A DNA stretch of 64,000 nt from a phage, in NCBI GenBank assembly GCA_019326865.1, contig GCA_019326865.1_4101.1; one strand, 5' to 3'. Position 1 is the stretch's first letter. Every line of letters begins with the position of its first letter. Under the pieces are notes generated by a model. That model was not told the DNA's origin. It ran no database searches and saw only the letters and a program-made list of their open reading frames with translations. Positions 20,290-30,450 of this stretch are shown piece by piece. Both the position numbers and the translations under genes were made by a program.

Positions 20290-22953
20290 TTATTGACATG
20301 CCTCCAAACGTCGAGCCATTAACTCAGCACGGCGGGTCGTTTGACGATACCAAGCCGAATTACGGATTTGTGCTGCTGCTTGTTTATAATTTCCTTTCGC
20401 TAATTCAGATAACATTGTTTTAAATTTAAGAACTCCACCTTTGCCCATTTGAAATACCATTTGACATAGAACTTGTTGTGCCATATAAGGAGTTTTCATG
20501 TTATATGATGCATAAATTGATTTAGCATCATAAATTGCTTTACTACTATCACGAACAAGCATATCATTTGCTTGTTGTTCAGTTATCCCAGAAGAAAAGT
20601 TTTCACCATTCACAATTAAGTGACCGTAACCAATAGTTGGGAAGCCACGACTATCTAAATAACGCCAGAATTTACCATTTCGATAATACCCTTTTGCTTG
20701 CTGATATTGCATAGTACCCTCATATTCCTTTAATTCGGAAATAAATTGAGAATCGCCAGGTACAATTTTCCAATCTATTGCAGTTTTATCTACATTACCG
20801 ACATTATATGTTGGTTGCACAACTGGAGTAGATGATACACCACTTCTCTGTGTTCTTTTTTTACGAGGAACATGTCGGGAGCCACGTTGTGAATAACCAG
20901 TCCCAATTGTTTTAATTTTGGTAGTAACAACCAATTCATCACTATCAACGGATGGTTGCACTACTGCTTGTGGTGAAGATTGATTTGTTGCTTGACCTGC
21001 AATCAATGTTTTATTAGCTGCGTCTGCACCAATACCAGTTTGTGATGCATAAAACAATCCTGGGTCAACTGAACCACTAAAGCCGAGTACGTTAGCTGAC
21101 GTTACACGTATTTCAAATTGCATAACACCATTTGCTTTACCAATGACCTGTCCCTTTTGAACAACATCCTTGTTTAGTAAATTAGTTTGAATATTATAAA
21201 ATATAGATTTATAACCCGATTTATGTTGTATCAAAATTCCACCATTAGTAATTACAACAACACCCCCATCTGGTGCAACAACATCTCCTTTACATTGTAT
21301 TTCCCATCCAGAACGGTCAGTCTTTCCTCCATTTTGTGTTGGTACACCTTTTCCCCAATAACCATATTGACGAATGGTCCCACTACACGGCATATACATA
21401 TGCAAACCCTCATATGTAATGCTATACCCAGTCATTCCAGTATCAGATACCATTAAATCTTGTGTTTGTACTTGTTCAGTTTCGGATGTATAATTCACAA
21501 ATTGAATAGCTTCAGTTTCTTGAGCTTCAGGTATTTCAGGCGTAACATCATTTGCAGGCTGTGGTTGAACAGGTGATTCACTTGAAATCTTCCCCCCACC
21601 TTGTCTCGGTGGTTCAACATAACTACCATGGTTTTTCGCATCAACCCATGCAACAATATCATGAATGTGTTCATTAAGGCCAGTAGATGGTGTTTTAAAG
21701 TTCGGAGCAGTAAATTCCGCTGTTCCGCTGTTTCCTCCACTATTAACTGTCAATGTTTCTCCCCCACCACTAATGATTGCAGATGATGAACCAATTAAAT
21801 TTGCGGAAGTAGAAGCAGATATAGATGCATTCGAACCTGCTGTAATATCAGTACTGCTACCACTTTGCATACGCAAGGACGCAGCAGTGACTAATCGAAG
21901 ATCAGCACCTGAATTGACCACAACTTGTCCACCAACTTTTGCATCAAGAGTTCCAATTAAATCTAATTTAGTATTGGCTCCTACGCGTGCATTAAAATCT
22001 TGACCAGTTTCAATATTATATGAACGTCCAGCAGTGATATTAATATCTTGTCCTGCACGAATATTGATATTCTTATCACAGTGCATATCAATATCCCCTT
22101 CACCAGTAAATTTTATACGGGCGGTTCCATCACGATTAATCAAAAGTACATCCCCTGTTGCTTCTGATAATAATAGTTGTGCACCACTACGTGTTTTTAT
22201 TACAACTCCTTCATTTTTTCGAGAACCAACACGTGTGTCGTTTACTGGGTTATTGAATTGTGTATCTTGATATCCATCTGGGTCTTGATCCCATGTAGGT
22301 GCAGTTAATTCCTCTTCTGTATAACCATCATCAATAATGAAACTATTTCCACGTGGGGATGACATCCCATATACAGTACTCGTTGTTTGACGAGTACTAC
22401 TTCGGTTAGCAAGACCAGCTTCTTCATCATACAAAAGGTTTTGCTTTTTAAGACCAGCAATAATTGGAACGTTTGCATATTTGTCTTGCATATCAGTAGT
22501 GATTGTGTTACGATCATAGTCAGTAACAGGAAGAGGCATATCTGTGCCGCTATAACTACTAATCTCGGTTGCCATACCAGGGACCATAGTATTCATGCGG
22601 TGGTCATATACACAACCAATCCAATACGCTTGAAATGTACGTGCCTGTGCGAAAATCACAACAACAGTGCACCCAACATCAGGCGGCACAGCCCAGAATC
22701 CATATCCTTTAGGATATTGCCCATAAGCATCTGCACTTGGAATACCTGGAGTTTTACCAGCAAAAGGAGACATATAAGATGCCTCAATCCATGATTCTTT
22801 TGAATTTTTATCGCTTTGTGAACCTTGTATCCAAACTTTTAACTTTCCAGATTTAGTTGGATCTCTATTATCCATAACTGTTGCTAATTGTGGATAAGCT
22901 GGGTCAAAACGACCCAACTGTTGTTGTGCATACTTTTTACTTGTATCTGCCAT
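20290..22953 (-). CDS. baseplate central spike protein gp5-like with C-terminal lysozyme domain (887 aa)
   Basis: N-terminal OB-fold-like region (GKLKVWIQG...GFWAVPPDVGCTVVVIF), Gly/Ser/Thr-rich beta-helix-type repeats, M23-peptidase-like segment lacking HxH (VMQFEIR), C-terminal lysozyme motif GFPTIGYGHL. Confidence 0.7.
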   Translation of the reverse strand: MADTSKKYAQQQLGRFDPAYPQLATVMDNRDPTKSGKLKVWIQGSQSDKNSKESWIEASYMSPFAGKTPGIPSADAYGQYPKGYGFWAVPPDVGCTVVVIFAQARTFQAYWIGCVYDHRMNTMVPGMATEISSYSGTDMPLPVTDYDRNTITTDMQDKYANVPIIAGLKKQNLLYDEEAGLANRSSTRQTTSTVYGMSSPRGNSFIIDDGYTEEELTAPTWDQDPDGYQDTQFNNPVNDTRVGSRKNEGVVIKTRSGAQLLLSEATGDVLLINRDGTARIKFTGEGDIDMHCDKNINIRAGQDINITAGRSYNIETGQDFNARVGANTKLDLIGTLDAKVGGQVVVNSGADLRLVTAASLRMQSGSSTDITAGSNASISASTSANLIGSSSAIISGGGETLTVNSGGNSGTAEFTAPNFKTPSTGLNEHIHDIVAWVDAKNHGSYVEPPRQGGGKISSESPVQPQPANDVTPEIPEAQETEAIQFVNYTSETEQVQTQDLMVSDTGMTGYSITYEGLHMYMPCSGTIRQYGYWGKGVPTQNGGKTDRSGWEIQCKGDVVAPDGGVVVITNGGILIQHKSGYKSIFYNIQTNLLNKDVVQKGQVIGKANGVMQFEIRVTSANVLGFSGSVDPGLFYASQTGIGADAANKTLIAGQATNQSSPQAVVQPSVDSDELVVTTKIKTIGTGYSQRGSRHVPRKKRTQRSGVSSTPVVQPTYNVGNVDKTAIDWKIVPGDSQFISELKEYEGTMQYQQAKGYYRNGKFWRYLDSRGFPTIGYGHLIVNGENFSSGITEQQANDMLVRDSSKAIYDAKSIYASYNMKTPYMAQQVLCQMVFQMGKGGVLKFKTMLSELAKGNYKQAAAQIRNSAWYRQTTRRAELMARRLEACQ

Positions 22954-22964
22954 ATTTTTATTCC

Positions 22965-25214
22965 TTAGTCAACTATACTATCGTGACGTTTAAGTGCACG
23001 GATTACTATTGCAGCTTGAATTTGTTGTGTAAAAGAACCACCTGCACCAAAATCATGAACGATTTTATTAACACGATAAATTGTTTGATTAAACGTAGTT
23101 GGTGTATTGATATCCAATACTCCAGTGTTATCATTAATTGATACTACTGGTTGTAATTTTAATAATAGATATGCTTCAGATGTTATGTAGTTTGCTACAT
23201 GATAATCATCTGGATTAATTTCCATATCTTCACCATTAATTACTTGCTCTAGATATTGTAAGTACGAGTAATCACTCCATCCTAACCAATATGGATCACC
23301 AACTACACGCATATCAAGTTTACACAAAAAAGGTCTATTGTAATAGTTGTCACGTATTTTACGTCTGTCCATTTCATATGTACTGCTGTTATCGTTTAAC
23401 GAAGCTGATAACGTCGTTTCATTATTAGTTGCTTCAGTAGGCATAGTAAATACTTCACCATAACGATGACCTACGCCATCTGTTCCTTCATCGTTTTCTT
23501 CATATGTAGTGACATAATCTTCAATATATTGTGGTAACACATTTACTTGATAATTATTATAACGGTCTTGTTCTTCGGCGTTACCGACCTGCATTTGGTT
23601 TTTAGCCAACGTATCAATTTCCGTCAATAAATCTTGTTGATCTTTTGTTAACATCCCACCCATATCACGTGTTACACGCAAATCACTTGTTTTTGCCCAT
23701 GCATCTGGTATACTATTATATTGCACACCTTGTATATTCAATTCTTGGGAGTTATGTGTACCAGAATGGTTTGCCACGTCTTGAATTGGTCCTGGATTAC
23801 GGGTTGTTGCTACGAAAAATTGTTGGTCAAATTTCAAATCCAAATCAATTATCTCACTATTAAGACCACTAAACTGATAATTGTAAGTTTTTATATTTAA
23901 TTTTGGTTTTTGATCGATAGGATCTACATATTTTTCCGCATTCTCAAAGAAATACTCAAATGTGAAATTTTCTGGTTGCAAATCAGATTCATGTACAATA
24001 TCACCTATCTTAAATTTAACTATATAAAAAATAACTTTATAAACTGAAGTGTTACGATAATTATCAAAACCTATATATTGTTTTATTGGTATAATATTAA
24101 CAAATTGTCGTACACTGGTGCTCTCATCTGCTTGTACTGTGCAAGTATCAATAACATCATCAATAATTCTGGATATAGGAGTACTGGGGTTCCATGAAAA
24201 GTTTTTAGAACCTTGAGTTCCACTTTTAGTAGTTCCGGCTTCTGCCATTTGTTTAGAATCATAATTTATAAACAAATCTTGTAAATCAGGAGCAACTTTA
24301 AATTCAAAAAATTTACCATCAGATAATTCGCCAAATTTATATCTAAGATATCCATATTGTTGGTCAGCCATCTGATTTAATTTATCTTCCAAATCAAAAC
24401 AGAAATCACCAAAGTTTTCAGCCGTACAATTAAATGGTTCTTTTAGTGTCCATTCAATATTATCAACCAATGCTGCTCTATTATGAACTAAACTCATAGA
24501 ATACATCATAGTGCTTCCACTTTGAGATGCACTTGCCGTTATACTATTAATTTTAACTGACCATCTTCGTGTTGTTTCTGGGATAATTTCAGGGATTCCA
24601 TTCTTATTAAAACCAATGAATTTTAATTCCAATATTAACGGTAAGTCCATGAATTTGTGAAATCTAAGTTTATTACTTAACGATATTAGTTCATCATATA
24701 GACTCATACTATTATTTTCAGACATATTAAGAACTGCCGTATTGAAACAATAGTTAGTTGTCATTCCAGGTGTGGATGGCCCAGCTTGCGTCATTTGTAC
24801 ACTTGTGATATTATATTTTCCACTAACACCACTTTCAGATATAACATGACGCTGTACGTCGGCATCTGGATAAAGCCAAAAATTTTTAAAATCATCCTTA
24901 TCTAACGCAAACAAACAAAAATGCCAAGTTGGATTATCATATTTTAATAGTTTGTTGTTGTATGGTATTACAAATTGACTTAAATCTAAATCTTCATAAA
25001 CTTGTTCCACACCAGCACTCTGTGATGGCAATGACTCAACATTACTAACATTTGCTTTATAGTTATTTTTTGTAATAGCTTTCACATCATTTTGTAATGT
25101 ATTAGCGGTAGCTTTCAAACTATCCAGTGAATTAGATGCAGTTGCTTTTGTCTTCTTATTAATACTTGAAATATCATTTTGAAAATTATCAACTGTACTT
25201 CGTAAATCTGCCAT
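22965..25214 (-). CDS. baseplate/tail structural protein, possible hub component (749 aa)
   Basis: Long ORF directly upstream of spike gene in same operon; GGAG RBS; no diagnostic motif. Confidence 0.4.
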   Translation of the reverse strand: MADLRSTVDNFQNDISSINKKTKATASNSLDSLKATANTLQNDVKAITKNNYKANVSNVESLPSQSAGVEQVYEDLDLSQFVIPYNNKLLKYDNPTWHFCLFALDKDDFKNFWLYPDADVQRHVISESGVSGKYNITSVQMTQAGPSTPGMTTNYCFNTAVLNMSENNSMSLYDELISLSNKLRFHKFMDLPLILELKFIGFNKNGIPEIIPETTRRWSVKINSITASASQSGSTMMYSMSLVHNRAALVDNIEWTLKEPFNCTAENFGDFCFDLEDKLNQMADQQYGYLRYKFGELSDGKFFEFKVAPDLQDLFINYDSKQMAEAGTTKSGTQGSKNFSWNPSTPISRIIDDVIDTCTVQADESTSVRQFVNIIPIKQYIGFDNYRNTSVYKVIFYIVKFKIGDIVHESDLQPENFTFEYFFENAEKYVDPIDQKPKLNIKTYNYQFSGLNSEIIDLDLKFDQQFFVATTRNPGPIQDVANHSGTHNSQELNIQGVQYNSIPDAWAKTSDLRVTRDMGGMLTKDQQDLLTEIDTLAKNQMQVGNAEEQDRYNNYQVNVLPQYIEDYVTTYEENDEGTDGVGHRYGEVFTMPTEATNNETTLSASLNDNSSTYEMDRRKIRDNYYNRPFLCKLDMRVVGDPYWLGWSDYSYLQYLEQVINGEDMEINPDDYHVANYITSEAYLLLKLQPVVSINDNTGVLDINTPTTFNQTIYRVNKIVHDFGAGGSFTQQIQAAIVIRALKRHDSIVD

Positions 25215-25225
25215 GTGTTACTCCA

Positions 25226-25540
25226 TTAGCCTATGTTTCGAGTACCATTAAGATAGTTTTGTACTCTTTGATTTGCTGGTATTCTAATTGTTACTCCACT
25301 TTTAAAATTATATATAGGATCTTCTCCTAATATATCTGGATTTAACAATGCAAAAATATAATATAAACGTTCATTGCCATACATCTCGTATGCTAAACGC
25401 CAAGGTTGATATTCATACTTCAATGGGATCTCATAAAAATCATCAGTATCAGCAGGAACTATATCTCGTGGTAAATTATAACCAAGATACCAAGATTGCT
25501 TCACCTTAGCATAAGGCGAATATTGACTATAGTTGGACAT
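25226..25540 (-). CDS. small baseplate protein with LysM-like motif (tail protein X / gp53-like, 104 aa)
   Basis: C-terminal pattern RLAYEMYGNERLYYIFALLNPDILGEDPIYNFKSGVTIRIP resembles the LysM consensus; synteny. Confidence 0.4.
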   Translation of the reverse strand: MSNYSQYSPYAKVKQSWYLGYNLPRDIVPADTDDFYEIPLKYEYQPWRLAYEMYGNERLYYIFALLNPDILGEDPIYNFKSGVTIRIPANQRVQNYLNGTRNIG

Positions 25541-26271
25541 TAAATAAATCCTCCTTTGCGTAATAGTTCACCTCGTTTAAATGCATTGAGGTTGAACGTT
25601 TTAGTCATATAATCAGATGTCGGTTGTTCTTCAAGTTGTAACATAACTAATATTTTTTGAGGAACCCAAACTTCATCTTGTGGATTCATATATCCAGTAC
25701 TTCTAAGTTGTTCGAAGAATTTTCTACTATCCATGTCTGATAAATTAAAAGTACTGTCACTACTATCCAAAGGAACTTGAATATAAGAAACATCATTAGG
25801 ATATGTAAAATTATAAGATTTTAAAATTACAGGAATATCATTATATGTGTAACGACCATATCCACTCAAAAGTAAAATTGGTGGTGGTGCACCAGCAATT
25901 GCCAATTCGGGGTTATTAGCAGATGCTGCTTGTCTACCAAAATCCATCAATGAAACCGAACGTATAAAATGAACACATGCCAACGCATACATGGCTTCTG
26001 CTGCTGTATTGGCATAAAACTCACCCTGAATAGTGAAAACAGTATTGGTGGTGTTTTTGTAGTTGTTATAGTTACTGTTGGTATGTATAGGTGACTGTGT
26101 TTCATACTGAACTGACCTTTGTTCAGTAATTGTTGGTGTTACAGTCCAAACCAACCCATTAGTTGGACGCAGAAACGAAAGTAGAGTTGGTTCGGAGCTA
26201 TCCCCGAAATCACCATATACATAGTTAGCACCTGCGGCTTTAGGTCGTAATCGAATTCTACGATCAATCAT
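25540..26271 (-). CDS. baseplate/tail structural protein (~243 aa)
   Basis: Track ORF starts at GTG 26328 which lies upstream of the late promoter box; in-frame ATG at 26269-26271 preceded by GGAG; first gene of the minus-strand late operon. Confidence 0.4.
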   Translation of the reverse strand: MIDRRIRLRPKAAGANYVYGDFGDSSEPTLLSFLRPTNGLVWTVTPTITEQRSVQYETQSPIHTNSNYNNYKNTTNTVFTIQGEFYANTAAEAMYALACVHFIRSVSLMDFGRQAASANNPELAIAGAPPPILLLSGYGRYTYNDIPVILKSYNFTYPNDVSYIQVPLDSSDSTFNLSDMDSRKFFEQLRSTGYMNPQDEVWVPQKILVMLQLEEQPTSDYMTKTFNLNAFKRGELLRKGGFI

Positions 26272-26305
26272 CTTTTGATTCTCCATCATAAGGGAACATT
26301 TGATG

Positions 26306-26313
26306 TATTTATA
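26306..26313 (-). promoter_or_regulatory. T4-type late promoter (TATAAATA) for minus-strand baseplate operon
   Basis: Exact TATAAATA on minus strand, divergent from and overlapping the gp55 early promoter. Confidence 0.5.
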
Positions 26314-26316
26314 CGT

Positions 26317-26344
26317 GGGACAAATCACTTTTTAGTGCTATAAT
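26317..26344 (+). promoter_or_regulatory. sigma70-type early promoter for gp55-like gene
   Basis: GGGACA-N16-TATAAT preceded by GTGC. Confidence 0.55.
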
Positions 26345-26401
26345 AACATTGATGGTACAAGGATTGTATCTATTGGATTTAAACATGGAGAGTTGAATAT
26401 A

Positions 26402-27241
26402 ATGACAAATAGACCAAAGCGTAAAAAGTATCTCAATAATGCTGATTTACTTCGTGAAATACAAAAAAGTAAGATTTCATATTGCTGGTTATTAGACAAA
26501 TCATATAGTATGTATGATTATATCGTTTTTCATGAGTCAGAAATTACTGCTGAGTTACTTGAAAAAGCAAAAGCAGCACGAATTAAACGACTTAATAATG
26601 AAATGCTTGATAGTATTCGTGCAAAGGAAAATATGAGTGCTAAAAAAGCGAAAGAATATGCAGAAGAAAATAATCTCGTTATTACTGATGTTCCAATTGA
26701 TGAAGTAGTTATTCGTGTTATAACAGATGAACACATCCCACCAGATACTAGAGTTAATTTTGAACCTTTCAAACATTACATTGTAGATAGTGAAGGTATT
26801 CTTTATGAAGTATGTCGTTCTCATTGGAAAGGTGATCTTGAATCTGGGGAATTTAGTGCTGTTCATGGTAAAATTACAAATGAACTAGGGAAAATGTTCA
26901 TTAAACTTGCAGAGGAAATCTCACATAAATCTAATTATCGAAACTATACATACTTAGATGAAATGATGGGTGATGCAAGAATACAATTAGTTAAAAATGC
27001 ACTTCTCTTTAAAGAGAGCATTCTTTATAAAAAAGACAAACCCGCTGTACAACTAAATCCTTTCTCTTACTATACATCATTCGTAAACAATAGTTTTCGT
27101 TCAATTTTGAATAGTGAGAAAAATGTTCGAAATATACGTGATGATTTACTTGAAATGCATGGTTTTACTCCATCACATACACGTCAAATTGAAATTGAAT
27201 TGAACATGATTGAAAGGAAAAATGAAGATGGCACTGTTTGA
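26402..27241 (+). CDS. late-transcription sigma factor gp55-like (~280 aa)
   Basis: Position immediately upstream of gp47/gp46 as in T4; N-terminal KKYLNNADLLREIQK and C-terminal segments resemble gp55 as recalled; track start 26393 is TTG, ATG at 26402. Confidence 0.6.
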   Translation: MTNRPKRKKYLNNADLLREIQKSKISYCWLLDKSYSMYDYIVFHESEITAELLEKAKAARIKRLNNEMLDSIRAKENMSAKKAKEYAEENNLVITDVPIDEVVIRVITDEHIPPDTRVNFEPFKHYIVDSEGILYEVCRSHWKGDLESGEFSAVHGKITNELGKMFIKLAEEISHKSNYRNYTYLDEMMGDARIQLVKNALLFKESILYKKDKPAVQLNPFSYYTSFVNNSFRSILNSEKNVRNIRDDLLEMHGFTPSHTRQIEIELNMIERKNEDGTV

Positions 27242-28259
27242 TAAAGCAATTACATTCACTGATATTCATTTAGGATTAAAGAATAACAGCAAGCAGCATA
27301 ATGAAGATTGTTTAAACTTCATTAAATTTATGATTGATGTAGCTAAAAAAAATAATATTAAAGTTTGTGTTTTTATGGGTGATTATTTTCACAATAGAAG
27401 TAATATAAATATCCAAACACTAAACTATGGTTTACAAATACTCCAATTACTAAATGATAATTTTGAAAAAGTTTATTTTCTCGTCGGGAACCATGATATG
27501 TATCACAAAAACAAACGTGATATAACAAGTATCAATATGGCCCAAGTTTATGAAAATATAGAATTCATTAACGAAATTACAACAATTGATGATTGTACTT
27601 TTATTCCTTTTATGATTGAAGATGAATATAAGTTATTACCACAACTAAAAAGTAAGTATGTTTTTGGACACCTAGAATTACCAGGTTACTTACTTAACAA
27701 AATGGTCGAAATGCCCGACCATGGTAAAGAAACAGAAGGTTCTTTTGGTGGTTGTGAGTATGTTTTTAGTGGGCATTTTCATAAGAGACAATCAAAAACA
27801 ACATCAAAGGGAACTCGTGTAGTTTATACTGGTAATTGTTTCCCACATAATTTTTCCGATACATGGGATGATGCAAGAGGTGTGATGATTTTAGAACATG
27901 GAAAAGAACCAATTTTCAATTCTTGGACAGAAGCACCAAAATATAGAACATTTACACTTTCAGAACTTTTGACTGACCCAAGTTATTATCTTCAAGAGAA
28001 TACAATTTCAAAGGTTCAAGTTGATATTGCGATAACTACAGATGAAATTAGTTTTATTCGTGATACTTTTACTAAACTTTATAACATACGTGAATTTAAC
28101 GTAGTTACTAGTAAACAAAGTATATCAGAATTGATTGAAGATGGTAAAAGCTTTGAAAGTACTGAGTCAGTTGATGAGATTGTTTTACAACAAATTATGG
28201 AAATTGATTCACCAATGTTCGATAAAAATCTTCTAATCCAAATTTACAGATCGCTATAA
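27210..28259 (+). CDS. recombination nuclease subunit gp47 (Mre11-like calcineurin-type phosphoesterase)
   Basis: Phosphoesterase motifs DIHLG, GDYFHN, GNHDMY, GHLE, GHFH; followed by Rad50-like gene; true start may be 27222 or 27228. Confidence 0.85.
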   Translation: MKGKMKMALFDKAITFTDIHLGLKNNSKQHNEDCLNFIKFMIDVAKKNNIKVCVFMGDYFHNRSNINIQTLNYGLQILQLLNDNFEKVYFLVGNHDMYHKNKRDITSINMAQVYENIEFINEITTIDDCTFIPFMIEDEYKLLPQLKSKYVFGHLELPGYLLNKMVEMPDHGKETEGSFGGCEYVFSGHFHKRQSKTTSKGTRVVYTGNCFPHNFSDTWDDARGVMILEHGKEPIFNSWTEAPKYRTFTLSELLTDPSYYLQENTISKVQVDIAITTDEISFIRDTFTKLYNIREFNVVTSKQSISELIEDGKSFESTESVDEIVLQQIMEIDSPMFDKNLLIQIYRSL

Positions 28260-28267
28260 GGGAATAT

Positions 28268-30415
28268 ATGCTAAACATTACACGTATATCAATGAGGAAC
28301 TTCTTTTCATTTGGGAACGCACCACAATCAATAGAATTGAATAGTTCTGATATTTCATTAGTTCTTGGGCAAAATAATGATGCAGTTATTGAAGGTGGTG
28401 ATAGCACTGGACGACGAAATGGAGTAGGGAAAAGTGCTATTATTCAAGGATTAGTTTTTGGCTTATTTGGGAAAAGTATTGGTAATGATATTAAAATTCC
28501 CAACCTAGTCAACAAAACTAATGGCAAAAATTGTGAAGTAGTTATAGAGTTTGAAAAAGATGGTGTGCAATATATAGTTGAGCGTGGGAGAAGTCCTACG
28601 TATTTCAATTTTATAACATTAGGAAAAGATAATAAGATTGAAGATGAATCGAGAGGTGAAAAAAAAGACACACAAGAAGATTTGAATGAAATTCTTGGAA
28701 TATCTCAATTATTATTTGAACATATTGTAGTTCTTAATGCGAACGTAGAACCGTTTTTGGCTTTATCATCTCAAAAACAACGTGATATGATAGAAGAACT
28801 TCTTGGAATAACACAGTTGACTGAAAAAGCTGAAATTCTAAAGGAGATGTACAAGGATACTAAACGTTTAGCCGAACAAGAAAAGTTCAAAAATGAAACT
28901 GTGGCTGCAAGCAATGAACGCATTCAAAAAAGTATTGAAGTACTTCAAGAACAGGCTAACCAATTTGAGATTGATAAAAGTAATAGAGTATCTAAGCTAA
29001 ATGAAGAGTTGAATATATATAAAACTTTAGATTTCAATGATCTCTACCAAGCTGCTGAAGAGAAAGAGAAAGCTCTTATTCATAACGCAAAGCGTGGTGA
29101 AATTGAACGCCGTGTACAAGAGTTGGCTTTAAAATATGATGCTTATGAACGTGAACTTGAAACGTCCAAACGAGTGTTAAATCTAAGCATTGATAATTTA
29201 AAAACGATTGATATTAGTTCGGAATTGGAAAATCACAAGGAGTTGGAAATATGGAAACAGTTAGAGGCTATTCTTAAAGAGAATAATAATCAAAAACGTT
29301 TCAAAGAACAAAAGCTCAACTCACTAAAAGTTGCGTTGAATGGATATAAATGTTCAATTAATACTGAAATCGATAAATTATCAACAGTTGAAAGCAGTAA
29401 ATGTCCACTTTGTATGTCTGATTTGGAACATAACGAACATACATCTTCAATTAAAGACAAAATTCAAAGTTCTATTAGTGATCTTCAAACCAAAATTGAT
29501 AGTTCTTCTTCAGAAATTGAAACATTACTTAAAGAAATTGAGAGTATTGAGATTTTTGATATGCCACCTAAACCAGTGACATACTATAATACACTTTCAG
29601 AAGCACAAATGCATGAACATAAGCTTCAAGAACTGATTAAAAAGAGCGAAGAAGAACCAATAAACATCTATGCTAACGAACTTATGTCATCATATGATGA
29701 ACTTAACTCATATGAACTAATGGAAGTACCAGATACATTAAACAAGTACGAAGTTAAAGAGATAGAAATGACCGTAAGCTCGTTATCACAGCAATTAGAA
29801 CGTGAATTGAAGACTACTAACACTTTTATTAGCCAAATTAACACCCTTAAGACAGATTCTTTAGTTACAATAGACTATAGTGACTATAATAATCTTGATA
29901 AAATGTCAAATCACCAAGATTTTTTGGTTAAATTACTATTGAACAAGGATTCTTATGTCCGTAAGCGTATTATTGAGCAAAATATCTCATATTTGAATAC
30001 ACGACTTCAGTATTATATCGATATGTGCGGTTCTGAGCACAATGTTGTGTTTTTGAATGATTTGAGTGTTGAAATTGAGAAAAGTGGGCAGTACTTTGAC
30101 TATAAACAGCTTAGTAGGGGTGAGCGTACAAGGGTAAACATCGCATTATCTTGTGCTTTCCGTGATACATATGAGTCATTATACCAAAGTATTAATATTC
30201 TTATCATTGATGAGATGATTGACCAAGGTCTTGACTCAAGTGGTGTTCTACGTGTGTGGTCTATCTTCCAAGATATGGCTGCTGTACGTGGTAAGAATGT
30301 TTATGCTATTTCCCACAGAGAAGAGTTACTTTCTAAGACTGAAAAAATCCTCAAAGTTGTTAAAGAGGACGGATTCAGTACTGTTGAATATGCAACTCTT
30401 GATGATGTTTTCTAA
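28268..30415 (+). CDS. recombination ATPase subunit gp46 (Rad50/SbcC-like)
   Basis: N-terminal Walker A GRRNGVGKS, long coiled-coil with CPLC zinc hook, C-terminal LIIDEMIDQGLD Walker B/D-loop. Confidence 0.9.
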   Translation: MLNITRISMRNFFSFGNAPQSIELNSSDISLVLGQNNDAVIEGGDSTGRRNGVGKSAIIQGLVFGLFGKSIGNDIKIPNLVNKTNGKNCEVVIEFEKDGVQYIVERGRSPTYFNFITLGKDNKIEDESRGEKKDTQEDLNEILGISQLLFEHIVVLNANVEPFLALSSQKQRDMIEELLGITQLTEKAEILKEMYKDTKRLAEQEKFKNETVAASNERIQKSIEVLQEQANQFEIDKSNRVSKLNEELNIYKTLDFNDLYQAAEEKEKALIHNAKRGEIERRVQELALKYDAYERELETSKRVLNLSIDNLKTIDISSELENHKELEIWKQLEAILKENNNQKRFKEQKLNSLKVALNGYKCSINTEIDKLSTVESSKCPLCMSDLEHNEHTSSIKDKIQSSISDLQTKIDSSSSEIETLLKEIESIEIFDMPPKPVTYYNTLSEAQMHEHKLQELIKKSEEEPINIYANELMSSYDELNSYELMEVPDTLNKYEVKEIEMTVSSLSQQLERELKTTNTFISQINTLKTDSLVTIDYSDYNNLDKMSNHQDFLVKLLLNKDSYVRKRIIEQNISYLNTRLQYYIDMCGSEHNVVFLNDLSVEIEKSGQYFDYKQLSRGERTRVNIALSCAFRDTYESLYQSINILIIDEMIDQGLDSSGVLRVWSIFQDMAAVRGKNVYAISHREELLSKTEKILKVVKEDGFSTVEYATLDDVF

Positions 30416-30424
30416 TTAAAAGAT

Positions 30425-30450
30425 AAAGGGAGCCTTAGCTCCCTTTTTTT
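30425..30450. terminator. bidirectional terminator between gp46 and endo VII-like genes
   Basis: AAAGGGAGC-ctta-GCTCCCTTT then T7. Confidence 0.75.

Noticed and set aside
21187-22794. Plus-strand ORFs antisense to the spike gene (21187-21456, 21665-22003, 22387-22794)
   Set aside because: Nested in the gp5-like ORF; no start or RBS context
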